From NCBI GenBank assembly GCA_041651095.1, contig JBAZJV010000001.1:83835-147834 (forward strand): a stretch of 64,000 bases of DNA, written 5' to 3'. Position 1 is the first letter of the stretch. Every line of letters begins with the position of its first letter. Positions 47,283-57,040 of this stretch are shown piece by piece. Both the position numbers and the translations under genes were made by a program. The notes beneath the pieces are model-generated. The model searched no databases, was not told the origin of the DNA, and worked only from the letters and a program-made list of their open reading frames with translations. Source of the stretch: Patescibacteria group bacterium. Its GTDB lineage: Bacteria > Patescibacteriota > Patescibacteriia > Patescibacteriales > UBA12465.

Positions 47283-48293
47283 ATGGAAAAAGATTTAATA
47301 AAAAATGAAATCAATATTGAATTACATTATAATTTCATTGATAGTAATAGCCATTCAATAAATTTTCATACCAGAAATATTTGTGCACTGGCTCAGGTTG
47401 AACTCATATCTTATATCATAAGAACATTGTATCCTGATGAAAATTTTGAAATATTATCACTGCCACCTCAGGAGGGATCTTTCAAGGATTTAACCGTTGT
47501 TAAATTTTTAAATAAAAATCAGGGTGTAATTTTAACAGTTGGTACTTTATTTACTGTTTTATTATTTAATAGTCAAGTAAGGGTTAATAATACAACTGCA
47601 GATTTTAACACTTTAGAAATTGTAGAGAAATGTAAAAATTTTGATGTAGATGATGAAAAAATTAAAAAAATTGAGGATATTTGTAAGTCGTACTATCCTA
47701 AAAAACAAAAAAATATCTTCTATGAATCAGTTATAGCGGATGCAAGTGTTACTAGTATAAAACCAACCATATCAGAGAATGAAAACATTTTTGAAAAAGA
47801 AATCAATAAGAGTGATTTTGAAAATTATCTTGAGGATATACCCAAAGAAAAAGAATTTTTAAAAACCGATTTGTCTGGGCATATACAGTTATCTCAACCA
47901 TTCATCGATAAACAACAGCAGTATGGTAGAGGTGTCGCTTGGAAAGGAACGTATTATGGTGATGATATCTTTGATGAAAATAATGAGCTTATTATAGAAG
48001 ACGGGGAATATATATTTTTTTACATGCAGGATGACGAGTATAAAGAGCAAATCCTAAAGCAAGAAATTTCTTTTACTAGTGGTGATAATATAGGTGTTAT
48101 TTTCGATGTTAGTCGTTATTATGATTATTTTAATGATAAATATGGTAAGCCAAGATTATATATAAAAAGAGTTGTATCTCATAATGATAATTTAGTACAA
48201 CATAAAAAAGACTTGGCATTAAAAAATGAAAAAAGAAAATTTGAGAAAAAAAATAAAAATCAAAGATCATTATTCGAAATTGCTCAAGAATAA
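47283..48293 (+). CDS. Hypothetical protein embedded between hsdM and hsdS
   Basis: 336 aa counted from the ATG at 47283. The tracked 47217 start overlaps hsdM. No motif recognised; the sequence is Asn/Lys/Asp-rich. Confidence 0.65.
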   Translation: MEKDLIKNEINIELHYNFIDSNSHSINFHTRNICALAQVELISYIIRTLYPDENFEILSLPPQEGSFKDLTVVKFLNKNQGVILTVGTLFTVLLFNSQVRVNNTTADFNTLEIVEKCKNFDVDDEKIKKIEDICKSYYPKKQKNIFYESVIADASVTSIKPTISENENIFEKEINKSDFENYLEDIPKEKEFLKTDLSGHIQLSQPFIDKQQQYGRGVAWKGTYYGDDIFDENNELIIEDGEYIFFYMQDDEYKEQILKQEISFTSGDNIGVIFDVSRYYDYFNDKYGKPRLYIKRVVSHNDNLVQHKKDLALKNEKRKFEKKNKNQRSLFEIAQE

Positions 48294-48294
48294 T

Positions 48295-49497
48295 ATGATT
48301 AAACATCAAAATAAAATTGAAAAGTTAATATTGGAATTATGCCCAAATGGCGTTAAGTATTTTACTGTTGGGGAAATCTGTGAGATAAATCGTGGCAGAG
48401 TTATGTCGAAAGACTACCTTCGAGAAAATGTTGGCGAATATCCTGTGTACTCTTCTCAGACGGCAAATGAGGGTGTTTTTGGTTATATTAAAACCTATGA
48501 TTACGATGGAGAATACGTGACCTGGACGACTGATGGTGCAAATGCAGGATCAGTGTTTTATCATAATGGAAAATTTAGTATTACAAATGTTTGTGGTTTA
48601 TTGAAACCAAAGACAAGTAATTTAAATGTTAAATATTTACTGTATAGTTTAAGCATCATAGCAAAATCTTATGTAAATGCTGGCATGGGTAATCCAAAGT
48701 TAATGAGTAATGTAATGGCAAGAATTAAAATTCCTGTTCCACCTCTTACAATCCAAGAAGAAATTGTAAAAATTCTTAATAGTTTTACAGAGCTGGAAGC
48801 AGAGCTGGAAGCAGAGCTGGAAGCAGAGCTGGAAGCAAGAAAGAAACAGTATAATCATTATAAAGACGAGTTACTGAATATTGAGGGTGCAGAAAATAAA
48901 GTTTTGGGAGATATAGGAACCATGATTAGAGGAAACGGATTACAAAAGAAAGATTTTATGGAAACAGGAGTCGGGTGTATTCACTATGGCCAAATATACA
49001 CCTATTACGGAACTTTTACAGATAAAACTAAATCATTCGTATCACCAGAATTAGCAAAAAAATTAAAGAAAGCCCAAAAAGGAGATGTAATAATTACCAA
49101 TACGAGTGAAAATCTCGAAGATGTGGGAAAAGCTGTCGTTTGGTGCGGTGAGAATGAAATTGTAACAGGTGGACATGCAACAATTTTCAAACCTCAAAAA
49201 GTTACTGGAAAATATTTTGCATATTATACACAAACAAAAATGTTTTTTGATCAAAAGAAAAAATATGCAAAAGGTACAAAAGTGATAGATGTTTCAGCTA
49301 CAGATATGAAAAAAATTAAAATACCCGTTCCACCACTCGCCGAACAAGAACGAATCGTCTCGATTTTGGATAAATTTGATGCACTTGTTAACAATATTTC
49401 AATTGGTTTGCCTGCCGAACTTAATGCACGCAGACAACAATATGAATATTACAGAAACAAACTTCTAACATTTAAGGAATATGCCAACGAAAAATAA
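48295..49497 (+). CDS. hsdS: Type I restriction-modification system, specificity subunit
   Basis: Two target-recognition halves (VGEICEINRGRVMSKDY and LGDIGTMIRGNGLQKKDF). Conserved IPVPPL..EQ..IV..L helices follow each half. There is a central (ELEA)x4 coiled-coil. The start is set at the ATG 1 nt after the upstream stop. Confidence 0.9.
   Translation: MIKHQNKIEKLILELCPNGVKYFTVGEICEINRGRVMSKDYLRENVGEYPVYSSQTANEGVFGYIKTYDYDGEYVTWTTDGANAGSVFYHNGKFSITNVCGLLKPKTSNLNVKYLLYSLSIIAKSYVNAGMGNPKLMSNVMARIKIPVPPLTIQEEIVKILNSFTELEAELEAELEAELEARKKQYNHYKDELLNIEGAENKVLGDIGTMIRGNGLQKKDFMETGVGCIHYGQIYTYYGTFTDKTKSFVSPELAKKLKKAQKGDVIITNTSENLEDVGKAVVWCGENEIVTGGHATIFKPQKVTGKYFAYYTQTKMFFDQKKKYAKGTKVIDVSATDMKKIKIPVPPLAEQERIVSILDKFDALVNNISIGLPAELNARRQQYEYYRNKLLTFKEYANEK
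48789..48836 (+). repeat. Four perfect tandem copies of the 12-bp unit AGAGCTGGAAGC inside hsdS
   Basis: Read directly from the sequence. It encodes ELEAELEAELEAELEA in the central conserved region between the two TRDs. Confidence 0.95.
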
Positions 49498-52400
49498 ATA
49501 TAATTTAGTAGCTGAGAATTCACAAAGCACAGTCGTGGCTGAATACACTCCAGATAAAAAACGGATTGCCCATTATCAAAGTGAAGCCGAACTGGAACGT
49601 GCTTTTATAAAACAGCTTGAGACGCAGGCTTACGAATATATAGAGATAACATCGGAAGATGATTTGGTTTTGAATTTGCGTAAGCAGATAGAAAAACTTA
49701 ATAATTTTGAATTTTCGGACAAGGAATGGGAACATTTTTTTGTAAGTGAGTTGGCGAACTCTAATCAAGGCATTGAAGAAAAAACAACAACAATACAAGA
49801 AGACTATATAAAAAATTTAGTTCGTGACGATGGTTCAATAAAAAATATTTATCTTATAAAAAAAGATAATATTCATGACAATAATTTGCAGGTTATTAAT
49901 CAATATGCGACAGAAGACGGTCAACGTTCTAATCGTTATGATGTAACAGTGCTTATTAATGGATTACCTTTGGTTCATATTGAACTTAAGCGTCGTGGCG
50001 TGGCTATTCAAGAGGCTTTTAATCAGATTAATCGCTATCAAAGAGAGAGTTTTTGGTCTGCTTCTGGTCTTTTTGAGTATATACAGCTGTTTGTTATTTC
50101 CAACGGGACACATACAAAATATTATAGTAATACAACACGATCACAACATATTAAGGAATCGAGCGAAGGTGCGGTCAAAAAAGGTAAAAGAACAAGTAAC
50201 AGTTTTGAGTTTACTAGTTGGTGGGCAGATGCTACAAATAAACCAATAATAGATTTGATGGATTTTGGTAAAACTTTTTTCGCTAAACATACTCTTTTGA
50301 ATATTTTAACTCGTTATTGTGTTTTTACAACCGAGCGACTCCTTCTCGTGATGCGTCCTTATCAGATTGTGGCAACCGAAAGAATATTAAATCGCATTGA
50401 AGTTAGTACAAATTATAAAAAGTTAGGTACTGTAGAAGCTGGCGGATATGTTTGGCATACGACAGGCTCTGGAAAAACCTTGACTAGTTTTAAAACTGCA
50501 CAACTGGCAAGCAAATTATCATACATTGATAAAGTTGTTTTTGTTGTCGATCGCAAAGATTTGGATTATCAAACAATGAAAGAATATGATAAATTTGAAA
50601 AAGGAGCGGCGAACAGCAATACCAGCACCACGGTATTAAAAAAACAATTGGAAGACTCAAACGCAAGAATCATTATTACGACAATTCAAAAATTAGACCG
50701 ATTTATTGATAAGAATAAGGGGCATAGTATATTTGATGGACATGTGGTAATTATATTTGACGAATGCCATCGTTCTCAATTTGGTGAGATGCATGGGGCC
50801 ATTACCAAAGCATTCAACAATTATCATATCTTTGGATTTACTGGCACGCCAATTTTTGCCGTGAATTCTTCTTCTGGTGGAAGAATTGATTTTAAAACAA
50901 CCGAACAAGCTTTTGGTGATAAATTGCATACCTATACCATTGTAGATGCGATTGCAGACAAAAATGTTTTACCATTTAAGGTGGACTATATTTCTACTGT
51001 TAAAGAAGCGGAAGATATTGAGGATAAAAAAGTTAGTGACATTGATCGTGAGGCAATATTATCAGCACCAGAACGCATAACAAATATTGTTAACTACATT
51101 CGTGAACATTTTGATCAAAAGACAAAGCGTAATAGTTTCTATAAATTAAAAGAGCGACGATTAGCTGGTTTTAATTCCATATTTGCTGTTTCCTCAATTG
51201 AAGTTGCAAAAAAATATTATGCCGAATTTAATAAACAGTTTGCTGATCTGCCAAGTGATAAGCGTCTTAAGGTAGCTCTAATTTATAGTTTTGGTGTAAA
51301 TGATGAAGATGCAGATGGGATGATAGATGAAAATCTTGATGATACAAGCGGTTTAGATGCCAGTTCCAGAGACTTCTTGGATAGAGCCATCGTTGATTAT
51401 AATAAGATGTTTGGTACTTCTTATGATATTTCATCAGACAAATTCCAAAATTATTATAAAGATGTTAGTCAACGAGTAAAAGATCGGGAGATTGATGTTC
51501 TGGTCGTAGTGAATATGTTTTTGACTGGATTTGATGCTACTACCCTTAATACTTTGTGGGTTGATAAAAATTTAAGACTACACGGCCTACTTCAGGCATA
51601 TTCTCGTACTAATCGTATTTTGAATAGTGTAAAAACCTTTGGTAATATCGTATGTTTTCGTAACCTAGAAAAAGCAACAAATGAATCTATTTCATTATTT
51701 GGTGATAAGGAAGCGAGCGGTATCGTTCTTTTGAAATCGTATTCTGAATATTATAATGGCTATAAAGATGGCAACAAGGAAGTTCGTGGTTATGCAAGCT
51801 TAGTGGCTGAATTATTAGAAAAGTTTCCAGTAGGTCAAAGAATAGATAGTGAACAAGCACAAAAAGATTTTATTAAACTTTATGGCGGAATATTGCGAGT
51901 AAGAAATATTTTAACTACTTTTGATGAATTTGTTGGAAATGAAATATTAACCGAGCGTGATATACAGGATTATCATAGTATGTACATTGACCTGTATAAC
52001 GAATTCCGCAAAGCCGAGGAAAATGAAAAAGAAAATGTTAATGATGACATTGTCTTTGAAATGGAACTTATTAAACAAGTTGATATCAATATTGATTATA
52101 TATTAGGTCTCATTAAAAAATACCACGAAGATCACACAAAGAATAAAGAGCTTTTACTTGATATCAACAAGGCCATTGATTCTAGTGTCGAACTTAGAAA
52201 TAAAAAAGACCTCATTAATCAATTTATTACTTCTCTTGATATAAAGTCTGTAGTTGATGAAGACTGGCAAAGGTTTATAAATGAAAAGAAGATCGAAGAG
52301 TTGGAACAAATTATTGAGAATGAAAATCTTGACCGAGATGCGACCTACACTTTTGTAAAAAATGCTTTTCGTGATGGAGGCGTTGCAACCACTGGCACCG

Positions 52401-52534
52401 CTATTACAAAAGTTCTGCCACCTGTATCACGTTTTTCTCCAACAGGCGAACGTTCACAGAAACGTGAAAGTGTTCTGGGTAAATTAACAAGTTTCTTTGA
52501 AAGATTTTTTGATATTTCTGGTGGCAATTTATAA
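49481..52534 (+). CDS. hsdR: Type I restriction enzyme, R (endonuclease/translocase) subunit
   Basis: HsdR_N-like N-terminus (YQSEAELERAFIKQLETQAYEYI). Nuclease-core-like segment YDVTVLINGLPLVHIELKR. Helicase motifs HTTGSGKTLT and FDECHRSQ. 1,017 aa. Confidence 0.93.
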   Translation: MPTKNKYNLVAENSQSTVVAEYTPDKKRIAHYQSEAELERAFIKQLETQAYEYIEITSEDDLVLNLRKQIEKLNNFEFSDKEWEHFFVSELANSNQGIEEKTTTIQEDYIKNLVRDDGSIKNIYLIKKDNIHDNNLQVINQYATEDGQRSNRYDVTVLINGLPLVHIELKRRGVAIQEAFNQINRYQRESFWSASGLFEYIQLFVISNGTHTKYYSNTTRSQHIKESSEGAVKKGKRTSNSFEFTSWWADATNKPIIDLMDFGKTFFAKHTLLNILTRYCVFTTERLLLVMRPYQIVATERILNRIEVSTNYKKLGTVEAGGYVWHTTGSGKTLTSFKTAQLASKLSYIDKVVFVVDRKDLDYQTMKEYDKFEKGAANSNTSTTVLKKQLEDSNARIIITTIQKLDRFIDKNKGHSIFDGHVVIIFDECHRSQFGEMHGAITKAFNNYHIFGFTGTPIFAVNSSSGGRIDFKTTEQAFGDKLHTYTIVDAIADKNVLPFKVDYISTVKEAEDIEDKKVSDIDREAILSAPERITNIVNYIREHFDQKTKRNSFYKLKERRLAGFNSIFAVSSIEVAKKYYAEFNKQFADLPSDKRLKVALIYSFGVNDEDADGMIDENLDDTSGLDASSRDFLDRAIVDYNKMFGTSYDISSDKFQNYYKDVSQRVKDREIDVLVVVNMFLTGFDATTLNTLWVDKNLRLHGLLQAYSRTNRILNSVKTFGNIVCFRNLEKATNESISLFGDKEASGIVLLKSYSEYYNGYKDGNKEVRGYASLVAELLEKFPVGQRIDSEQAQKDFIKLYGGILRVRNILTTFDEFVGNEILTERDIQDYHSMYIDLYNEFRKAEENEKENVNDDIVFEMELIKQVDINIDYILGLIKKYHEDHTKNKELLLDINKAIDSSVELRNKKDLINQFITSLDIKSVVDEDWQRFINEKKIEELEQIIENENLDRDATYTFVKNAFRDGGVATTGTAITKVLPPVSRFSPTGERSQKRESVLGKLTSFFERFFDISGGNL

Positions 52535-52544
52535 TTTTATTATA

Positions 52545-52577
52545 AAAGCGTCAACGATATTATGTTGGCGTTTTTTT
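52545..52577. terminator. Intrinsic terminator shared by hsdR (+) and the recombinase gene (-)
   Basis: AAAA, CGTCAAC (52549-52555), 8-nt loop, GTTGGCG (52564-52570, one G-U pair), then T7. Confidence 0.55.
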
Positions 52578-53922
52578 ATTCTTCCAACAATGTTAAGACT
52601 TTATCTTGATACTTTATTCTTGACCTTAAGTTTCCAAGCAACTCTCTCTTCTCACTTACTGATCCCTCTTTCAAGATATACTTCGCATAGTTTCTAATGT
52701 CAGTCTCTTTTGGGGCTTTCACCTTATCAGTGCTACCCAGTACTGATCTTTGGAATATATTAAATCTTGAAATTTCATCCTCTAATCTTTGTCGCATGCC
52801 AAGTTCGTTGATATTTACTTTATCTAATATTTTCAGCAGTTCAGTAATAAGTTCTTCTTCCCGAATGTATTTATTTTTACAATTTCTATCTCTGGCTCTT
52901 GAGCAAGAGTAGTAAATATACCTCGCATGCGTTCCATCTTTAAGTTGTTTGTATTTTTCTTCGGCAGATATACCACTTCCACAATATCCGCAGGTAAACA
53001 ATTTAGTGAAGGCGAATTCTTTATTTTCTCTCACTATTTGATCACGTTTCAACTGAGCTTTGGCTTTTTCAAATAACTCTTGCTTTATAATTGGTTCATG
53101 TTTACCGGTATACCAATTTCCACTATCCTTTGGGTGTTCGAATACTCCATAATAAAAAGGGTTATCTAGTATTCTATAAATTCCACTTAAAGTTAGTGGC
53201 TTATTGCCCCTCGTATAGAAGTTAATTTCATGTTTAAGCCAGTTGTATATTTTTCGTCCTGAATAATGTTCGTAGGCAACTTTTTCAAACATTTTCTTAA
53301 TTACTGGAGACCTAAGCGGATCAATAATTATCTGACATTTTTTATCCATCCTATTTTGATTCAAATATCCAAGTGGTGCCACGCCTGGCCACAAGCCCAT
53401 CTCGACTCTTGTGCGTAATCCTCGTTTTACATTGATGCCTCTGTTGTCATTTTCTAGTTTGGCTTGCGATCCTAAAATCATGAGTAAAAACTTTTCATTT
53501 GGATTGTTGCTGAATTTCTGTCCGTAAGTTCGTATTTCTTGAAGTTTGCCACTATCCATTAAATCCACAACTTTACCGAGATCGCCAGCATTTCTTGAAA
53601 TTCGGTCAGGTGCCCAAGTTAGAATTCCATCAAATTTACCTTGTCTTAAATCTTCGATTAATTCGTTAAAGATTGGTCGTTGGCCAGTCTCTTTGGCTGA
53701 GTGTGATTCTCTCTTAATATCTGTCACTAAGAGTCCTTCTTTTTCTGCCAGCTGAAGCATTTCTTTCACCTGCGAGTCTATTGAAAGCACTTGGCGTTCC
53801 TCGCTCTCGGTTGATTTGCGAGCGTAAAGACAGTATTTAACAGGAGAAGGAGCTAAAACCTCTCTGGACTTAGTGGCCGTCATTTGGCCCACAGCCAGGC
53901 CATAATTTGCGTTATACGTCAT
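52576..53922 (-). CDS. Large serine recombinase (resolvase catalytic domain, recombinase domain and zinc ribbon)
   Basis: CLYARKSTESEERQVLSIDSQ carries the catalytic Ser context. Also RISRN, the recombinase-domain pattern LGYL..., and the zinc-ribbon CGYCGS...YYSC. 448 aa. Confidence 0.9.
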   Translation of the reverse strand: MTYNANYGLAVGQMTATKSREVLAPSPVKYCLYARKSTESEERQVLSIDSQVKEMLQLAEKEGLLVTDIKRESHSAKETGQRPIFNELIEDLRQGKFDGILTWAPDRISRNAGDLGKVVDLMDSGKLQEIRTYGQKFSNNPNEKFLLMILGSQAKLENDNRGINVKRGLRTRVEMGLWPGVAPLGYLNQNRMDKKCQIIIDPLRSPVIKKMFEKVAYEHYSGRKIYNWLKHEINFYTRGNKPLTLSGIYRILDNPFYYGVFEHPKDSGNWYTGKHEPIIKQELFEKAKAQLKRDQIVRENKEFAFTKLFTCGYCGSGISAEEKYKQLKDGTHARYIYYSCSRARDRNCKNKYIREEELITELLKILDKVNINELGMRQRLEDEISRFNIFQRSVLGSTDKVKAPKETDIRNYAKYILKEGSVSEKRELLGNLRSRIKYQDKVLTLLEE

Positions 53923-54025
53923 ATATTTGTGTTATTTCTCTTAACACATTAATGACGCAATGGCTGTGGGGCGTCCAGAGTGGTTTTAGCCCTACCTGTT
54001 GGTAACTTTTACCTCTCTAAATTCT

Positions 54026-54253
54026 CTAATTTACTTTACGCCAATGACCATCTCGAGTTAATTCAAGAGCCGGTCTTTGCATATCTTCTATTTCCCAATC
54101 ATCCCACCCACGATTACCAGATCCACGATTCCACCCGCCATATAATCCACTGGTAAAATTTGGTCCTTGATCCCTACCGCCAAACAATCTACCACTTAGT
54201 AATTGTTTTAGGATTTTTGTGGGAATAAAGTTTTTATCTACGTTAAATAACAT
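54026..54253 (-). CDS. Small hypothetical protein
   Basis: 75-aa ORF between the recombinase and TerL genes on the same strand. Gly/Trp/Arg-rich. Confidence 0.4.
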   Translation of the reverse strand: MLFNVDKNFIPTKILKQLLSGRLFGGRDQGPNFTSGLYGGWNRGSGNRGWDDWEIEDMQRPALELTRDGHWRKVN

Positions 54254-54277
54254 ATGCGTAAAATTAATAATAAATAA

Positions 54278-55837
54278 TTAACGATGGTACGGGTAAAACC
54301 CACCCTTTCCTAGTTGATAGGAACGTCCCCATCGAGTACCGCCATGTAACATCTTGTACAAAGCTCGTTCGCCTGGATCTGCATCCCAAGAAAATTTCGC
54401 CTCAACTGCTCCTTCAAATAGTTCATCCTCTTTATCTCGTCTGATGACTTCCATTAGCCCCATTGAAAAAGCGTCAGCCAAATCATGATACTTCTCAGTA
54501 TCAAAGTTTACGATTTGATTAATCAGCTCTTCACAACCTTTGCTCGGAAAAAATACCACTCCAGATTGAACCAAATGACTGACAACTTTCAATCGGCTTC
54601 GCTTGTCCTGTCCGTAGACCGCAAAGCCAGTCACGGGATAATTAAAGCGTTCCAACTCCTGCACAAAACCTTTCTGCATACCAACATCCTCAACCACTAA
54701 ATCAGTGGCATGACCTTTGCCTAAGGCGTCAGATAAAGATTTGGCGTGTTCAATTGTTTCTTTCATACTCAATCGGTCGTTTACTGGATTGGGCAATACC
54801 AATATTTTCAACCTGGCACCAGAATTGTACACTCGGAATGAAACCATGGCGGTTTTACACGCATTTTCGTCTTTGGAAATAGCAGGATCAATTGAAGTTA
54901 GTGTTAAACTTCTACGGTCTGTATTTCCAATAACGTCATACATGTCATCATATTTTTTAATCCATTCTGGCAAGATAACTCGACCTTTATTAGATATTAT
55001 CTTGAGCATGTATTCACGATGCCAAGCATACTCATCAAAAATCTGTCTTTTCTTTTTTTCCACTGCTTCCATGTTTGGATACATTCCTGGCCAAGTAATT
55101 TTGCCTTTTTCATCAACCAGCGGAATTTCCATAAATACAGCATCCAATTCTTTATTTTGTATTTTTCTTTTCAATCTCATGAGCATTGAATCCTCGTGCA
55201 ATAAGTTACCAATGCAAATAACCTTAGTGTTAAGTTGCCCAGCTGGTAAAACTTCGCTGGCAATCCAGTTGAATATTTTATCTCTGCCTTCCATAGTTTT
55301 TACACTTTCCAAATCCTCAATATCGTCAAGCAGAATTAAATCTGGACGATATTTGCCGTGACGAATACCACGAATAGTTTGCTCCATTGAAACAGCGATG
55401 ATCTTGGCGTCGTACCAAGGTAGATACAAAGTATACGACCCTAAATCACTATCCTGTTCCTTAAATGGTCCCATATCTTTGCATAGAGGGACATTACCCT
55501 CTAATTCCTTTTTCAAGTTATCAATCATGAGTTTGGTTTGACGCTGTGTTCTACCAACAATCACCACTAATTTCTTTTGCAATTTGCCCATTATTGCCCA
55601 CAACGGAAAGGAGGTTGTCATAATCGTGGATTTTGACGATCCTCTAAAACTCACGATTACCGCCATACTAATATTTTCATCCTCTGTAATACCAAAGAAG
55701 CGTTTGTGAAACGGAGCGGCTGGACAGTCAATATAATGTGGAAAGTAAAGGTTAAAAAACCAATGATGTGATTCACGAGCTAAGGCGACCCTTAATTTTC
55801 TTTCATCAAGAATGTTTTGCAAGTATTCGTTAGTCAT
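54278..55837 (-). CDS. terL: Phage terminase large subunit-like protein
   Basis: Walker A-like FRGSSKST and Walker B-like DLILLDDIED. The C-terminal nuclease-like region contains acidic residues. 519 aa. It is preceded by an overlapping HTH small-subunit-like gene. Confidence 0.7.
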   Translation of the reverse strand: MTNEYLQNILDERKLRVALARESHHWFFNLYFPHYIDCPAAPFHKRFFGITEDENISMAVIVSFRGSSKSTIMTTSFPLWAIMGKLQKKLVVIVGRTQRQTKLMIDNLKKELEGNVPLCKDMGPFKEQDSDLGSYTLYLPWYDAKIIAVSMEQTIRGIRHGKYRPDLILLDDIEDLESVKTMEGRDKIFNWIASEVLPAGQLNTKVICIGNLLHEDSMLMRLKRKIQNKELDAVFMEIPLVDEKGKITWPGMYPNMEAVEKKKRQIFDEYAWHREYMLKIISNKGRVILPEWIKKYDDMYDVIGNTDRRSLTLTSIDPAISKDENACKTAMVSFRVYNSGARLKILVLPNPVNDRLSMKETIEHAKSLSDALGKGHATDLVVEDVGMQKGFVQELERFNYPVTGFAVYGQDKRSRLKVVSHLVQSGVVFFPSKGCEELINQIVNFDTEKYHDLADAFSMGLMEVIRRDKEDELFEGAVEAKFSWDADPGERALYKMLHGGTRWGRSYQLGKGGFYPYHR

Positions 55838-56253
55838 AAATTTTCTTTATTATCTTGATGAATTAAACCCGAGAGAGTTAATGCTTTTTCAATTAACGCT
55901 TTTTGATCATCTGTCAGTGGTTCATTTTCTACACGCAATTTTCCATTTAGTTCAATTTTGGTAGCATAACGAGTAGAATGCGAGCGTAGCCAAAATAGGA
56001 CGGCACGAAGATTGCGATCACGAATGGCCTCAACCAATCTACTCTCAGCTAAATCTGATACAAAATCCGTTCCTTCTGCCACAGATTCGTCAACGGCTTT
56101 GGAAAACTCCTTGTCTTGTTCTTTCCAGCGGTAAAAAGTACTCCTACCAATATTCATTTTTTCGCAAGCCACTTGGATTATTGGTGTTTTTTTAAGTTGT
56201 TCGATAAGAAGAGATTTTATCCTTTCTTGATTTTGTTGTTCTTGACTATCCAT
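55834..56253 (-). CDS. HTH protein, terminase small-subunit-like
   Basis: CEKMNIGRSTFYRWKEQDKEFSKAVDES is an HTH typical of TerS-like proteins. There is a 4-nt overlap with terL. Confidence 0.5.
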   Translation of the reverse strand: MDSQEQQNQERIKSLLIEQLKKTPIIQVACEKMNIGRSTFYRWKEQDKEFSKAVDESVAEGTDFVSDLAESRLVEAIRDRNLRAVLFWLRSHSTRYATKIELNGKLRVENEPLTDDQKALIEKALTLSGLIHQDNKENL

Positions 56254-56257
56254 AAAA

Positions 56258-57040
56258 TTAGTTGTTAATTATGTTAGCTTTTTTGCCTGTTAATTTTTCC
56301 CAACGGAAAATTGTGCTGGCACAGTGTATCGGTTCCAATTCCACACCAATGCACTTTCTTTTAGTTTGTTCGCAAGCAAGTAAGCATGTACCACCACCAA
56401 GGAATCCGTCAAAAACTGTGTCCCCAATATTCGTGCTGTTCAAAATTAAGTGACGAATAAGTGCAACTGGTTTTGATGTGGGGTGGAAGGGGCTACTTTG
56501 TGGTTTCGGGTAGAATAATAATGATTTATCTTTGCTTTTCATAAACTTGTGCGTGCCATACCAACCATAGGCAATAAGTTCATACATAGGAAGGTAATCT
56601 TTTCTGCCAATTACTGCTGAATTTTTGATCCAGATCAGCATTTGCGAAAAGTTAACTCCAGCCTGCTTCATACCTTCACGCAACGCAAATATCATTTTGT
56701 CGCAGTTAAACAGATAAAAACTATTTTTACTCGCCAAGTATGGTTTTATTACTTCAATCCAATCTTTCGTAAATTTGATGTATTCATCATCGGATTGAAT
56801 GTGGTCGTTTTGTATAACTGTTCCATTAGCAAGTTTTTGTTTGAATCCTTGTTTACTTTCAACAATTGCCACACCGTAAGGTGGGTCACTGTTTACACAA
56901 TCAATTTTGCGACCGTGTAAAAATTTGTTCATCATTTCTTTATTGCGACAATCGCCACAAAGGAGGAGGTGTTCTCCCAGCTCAATAACCGTGCCGAGCT
57001 TAATTAAGCTTGATAACTTTTTGATTTGCGTATTGTTCAT
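56258..57040 (-). CDS. Orphan DNA methyltransferase (N6-A/N4-C, beta-class order)
   Basis: Motif IV VNSDPPYG precedes motif I FDGFLGGGT. Confidence 0.85.
   Translation of the reverse strand: MNNTQIKKLSSLIKLGTVIELGEHLLLCGDCRNKEMMNKFLHGRKIDCVNSDPPYGVAIVESKQGFKQKLANGTVIQNDHIQSDDEYIKFTKDWIEVIKPYLASKNSFYLFNCDKMIFALREGMKQAGVNFSQMLIWIKNSAVIGRKDYLPMYELIAYGWYGTHKFMKSKDKSLLFYPKPQSSPFHPTSKPVALIRHLILNSTNIGDTVFDGFLGGGTCLLACEQTKRKCIGVELEPIHCASTIFRWEKLTGKKANIINN

Noticed and set aside
48789-48836. Short tandem repeats considered as a possible CRISPR array or minisatellite.
   Set aside because: The units are 12 bp and contiguous without spacers, and they lie in frame inside hsdS. No CRISPR-like repeat-spacer structure or cas genes occur anywhere in the window.
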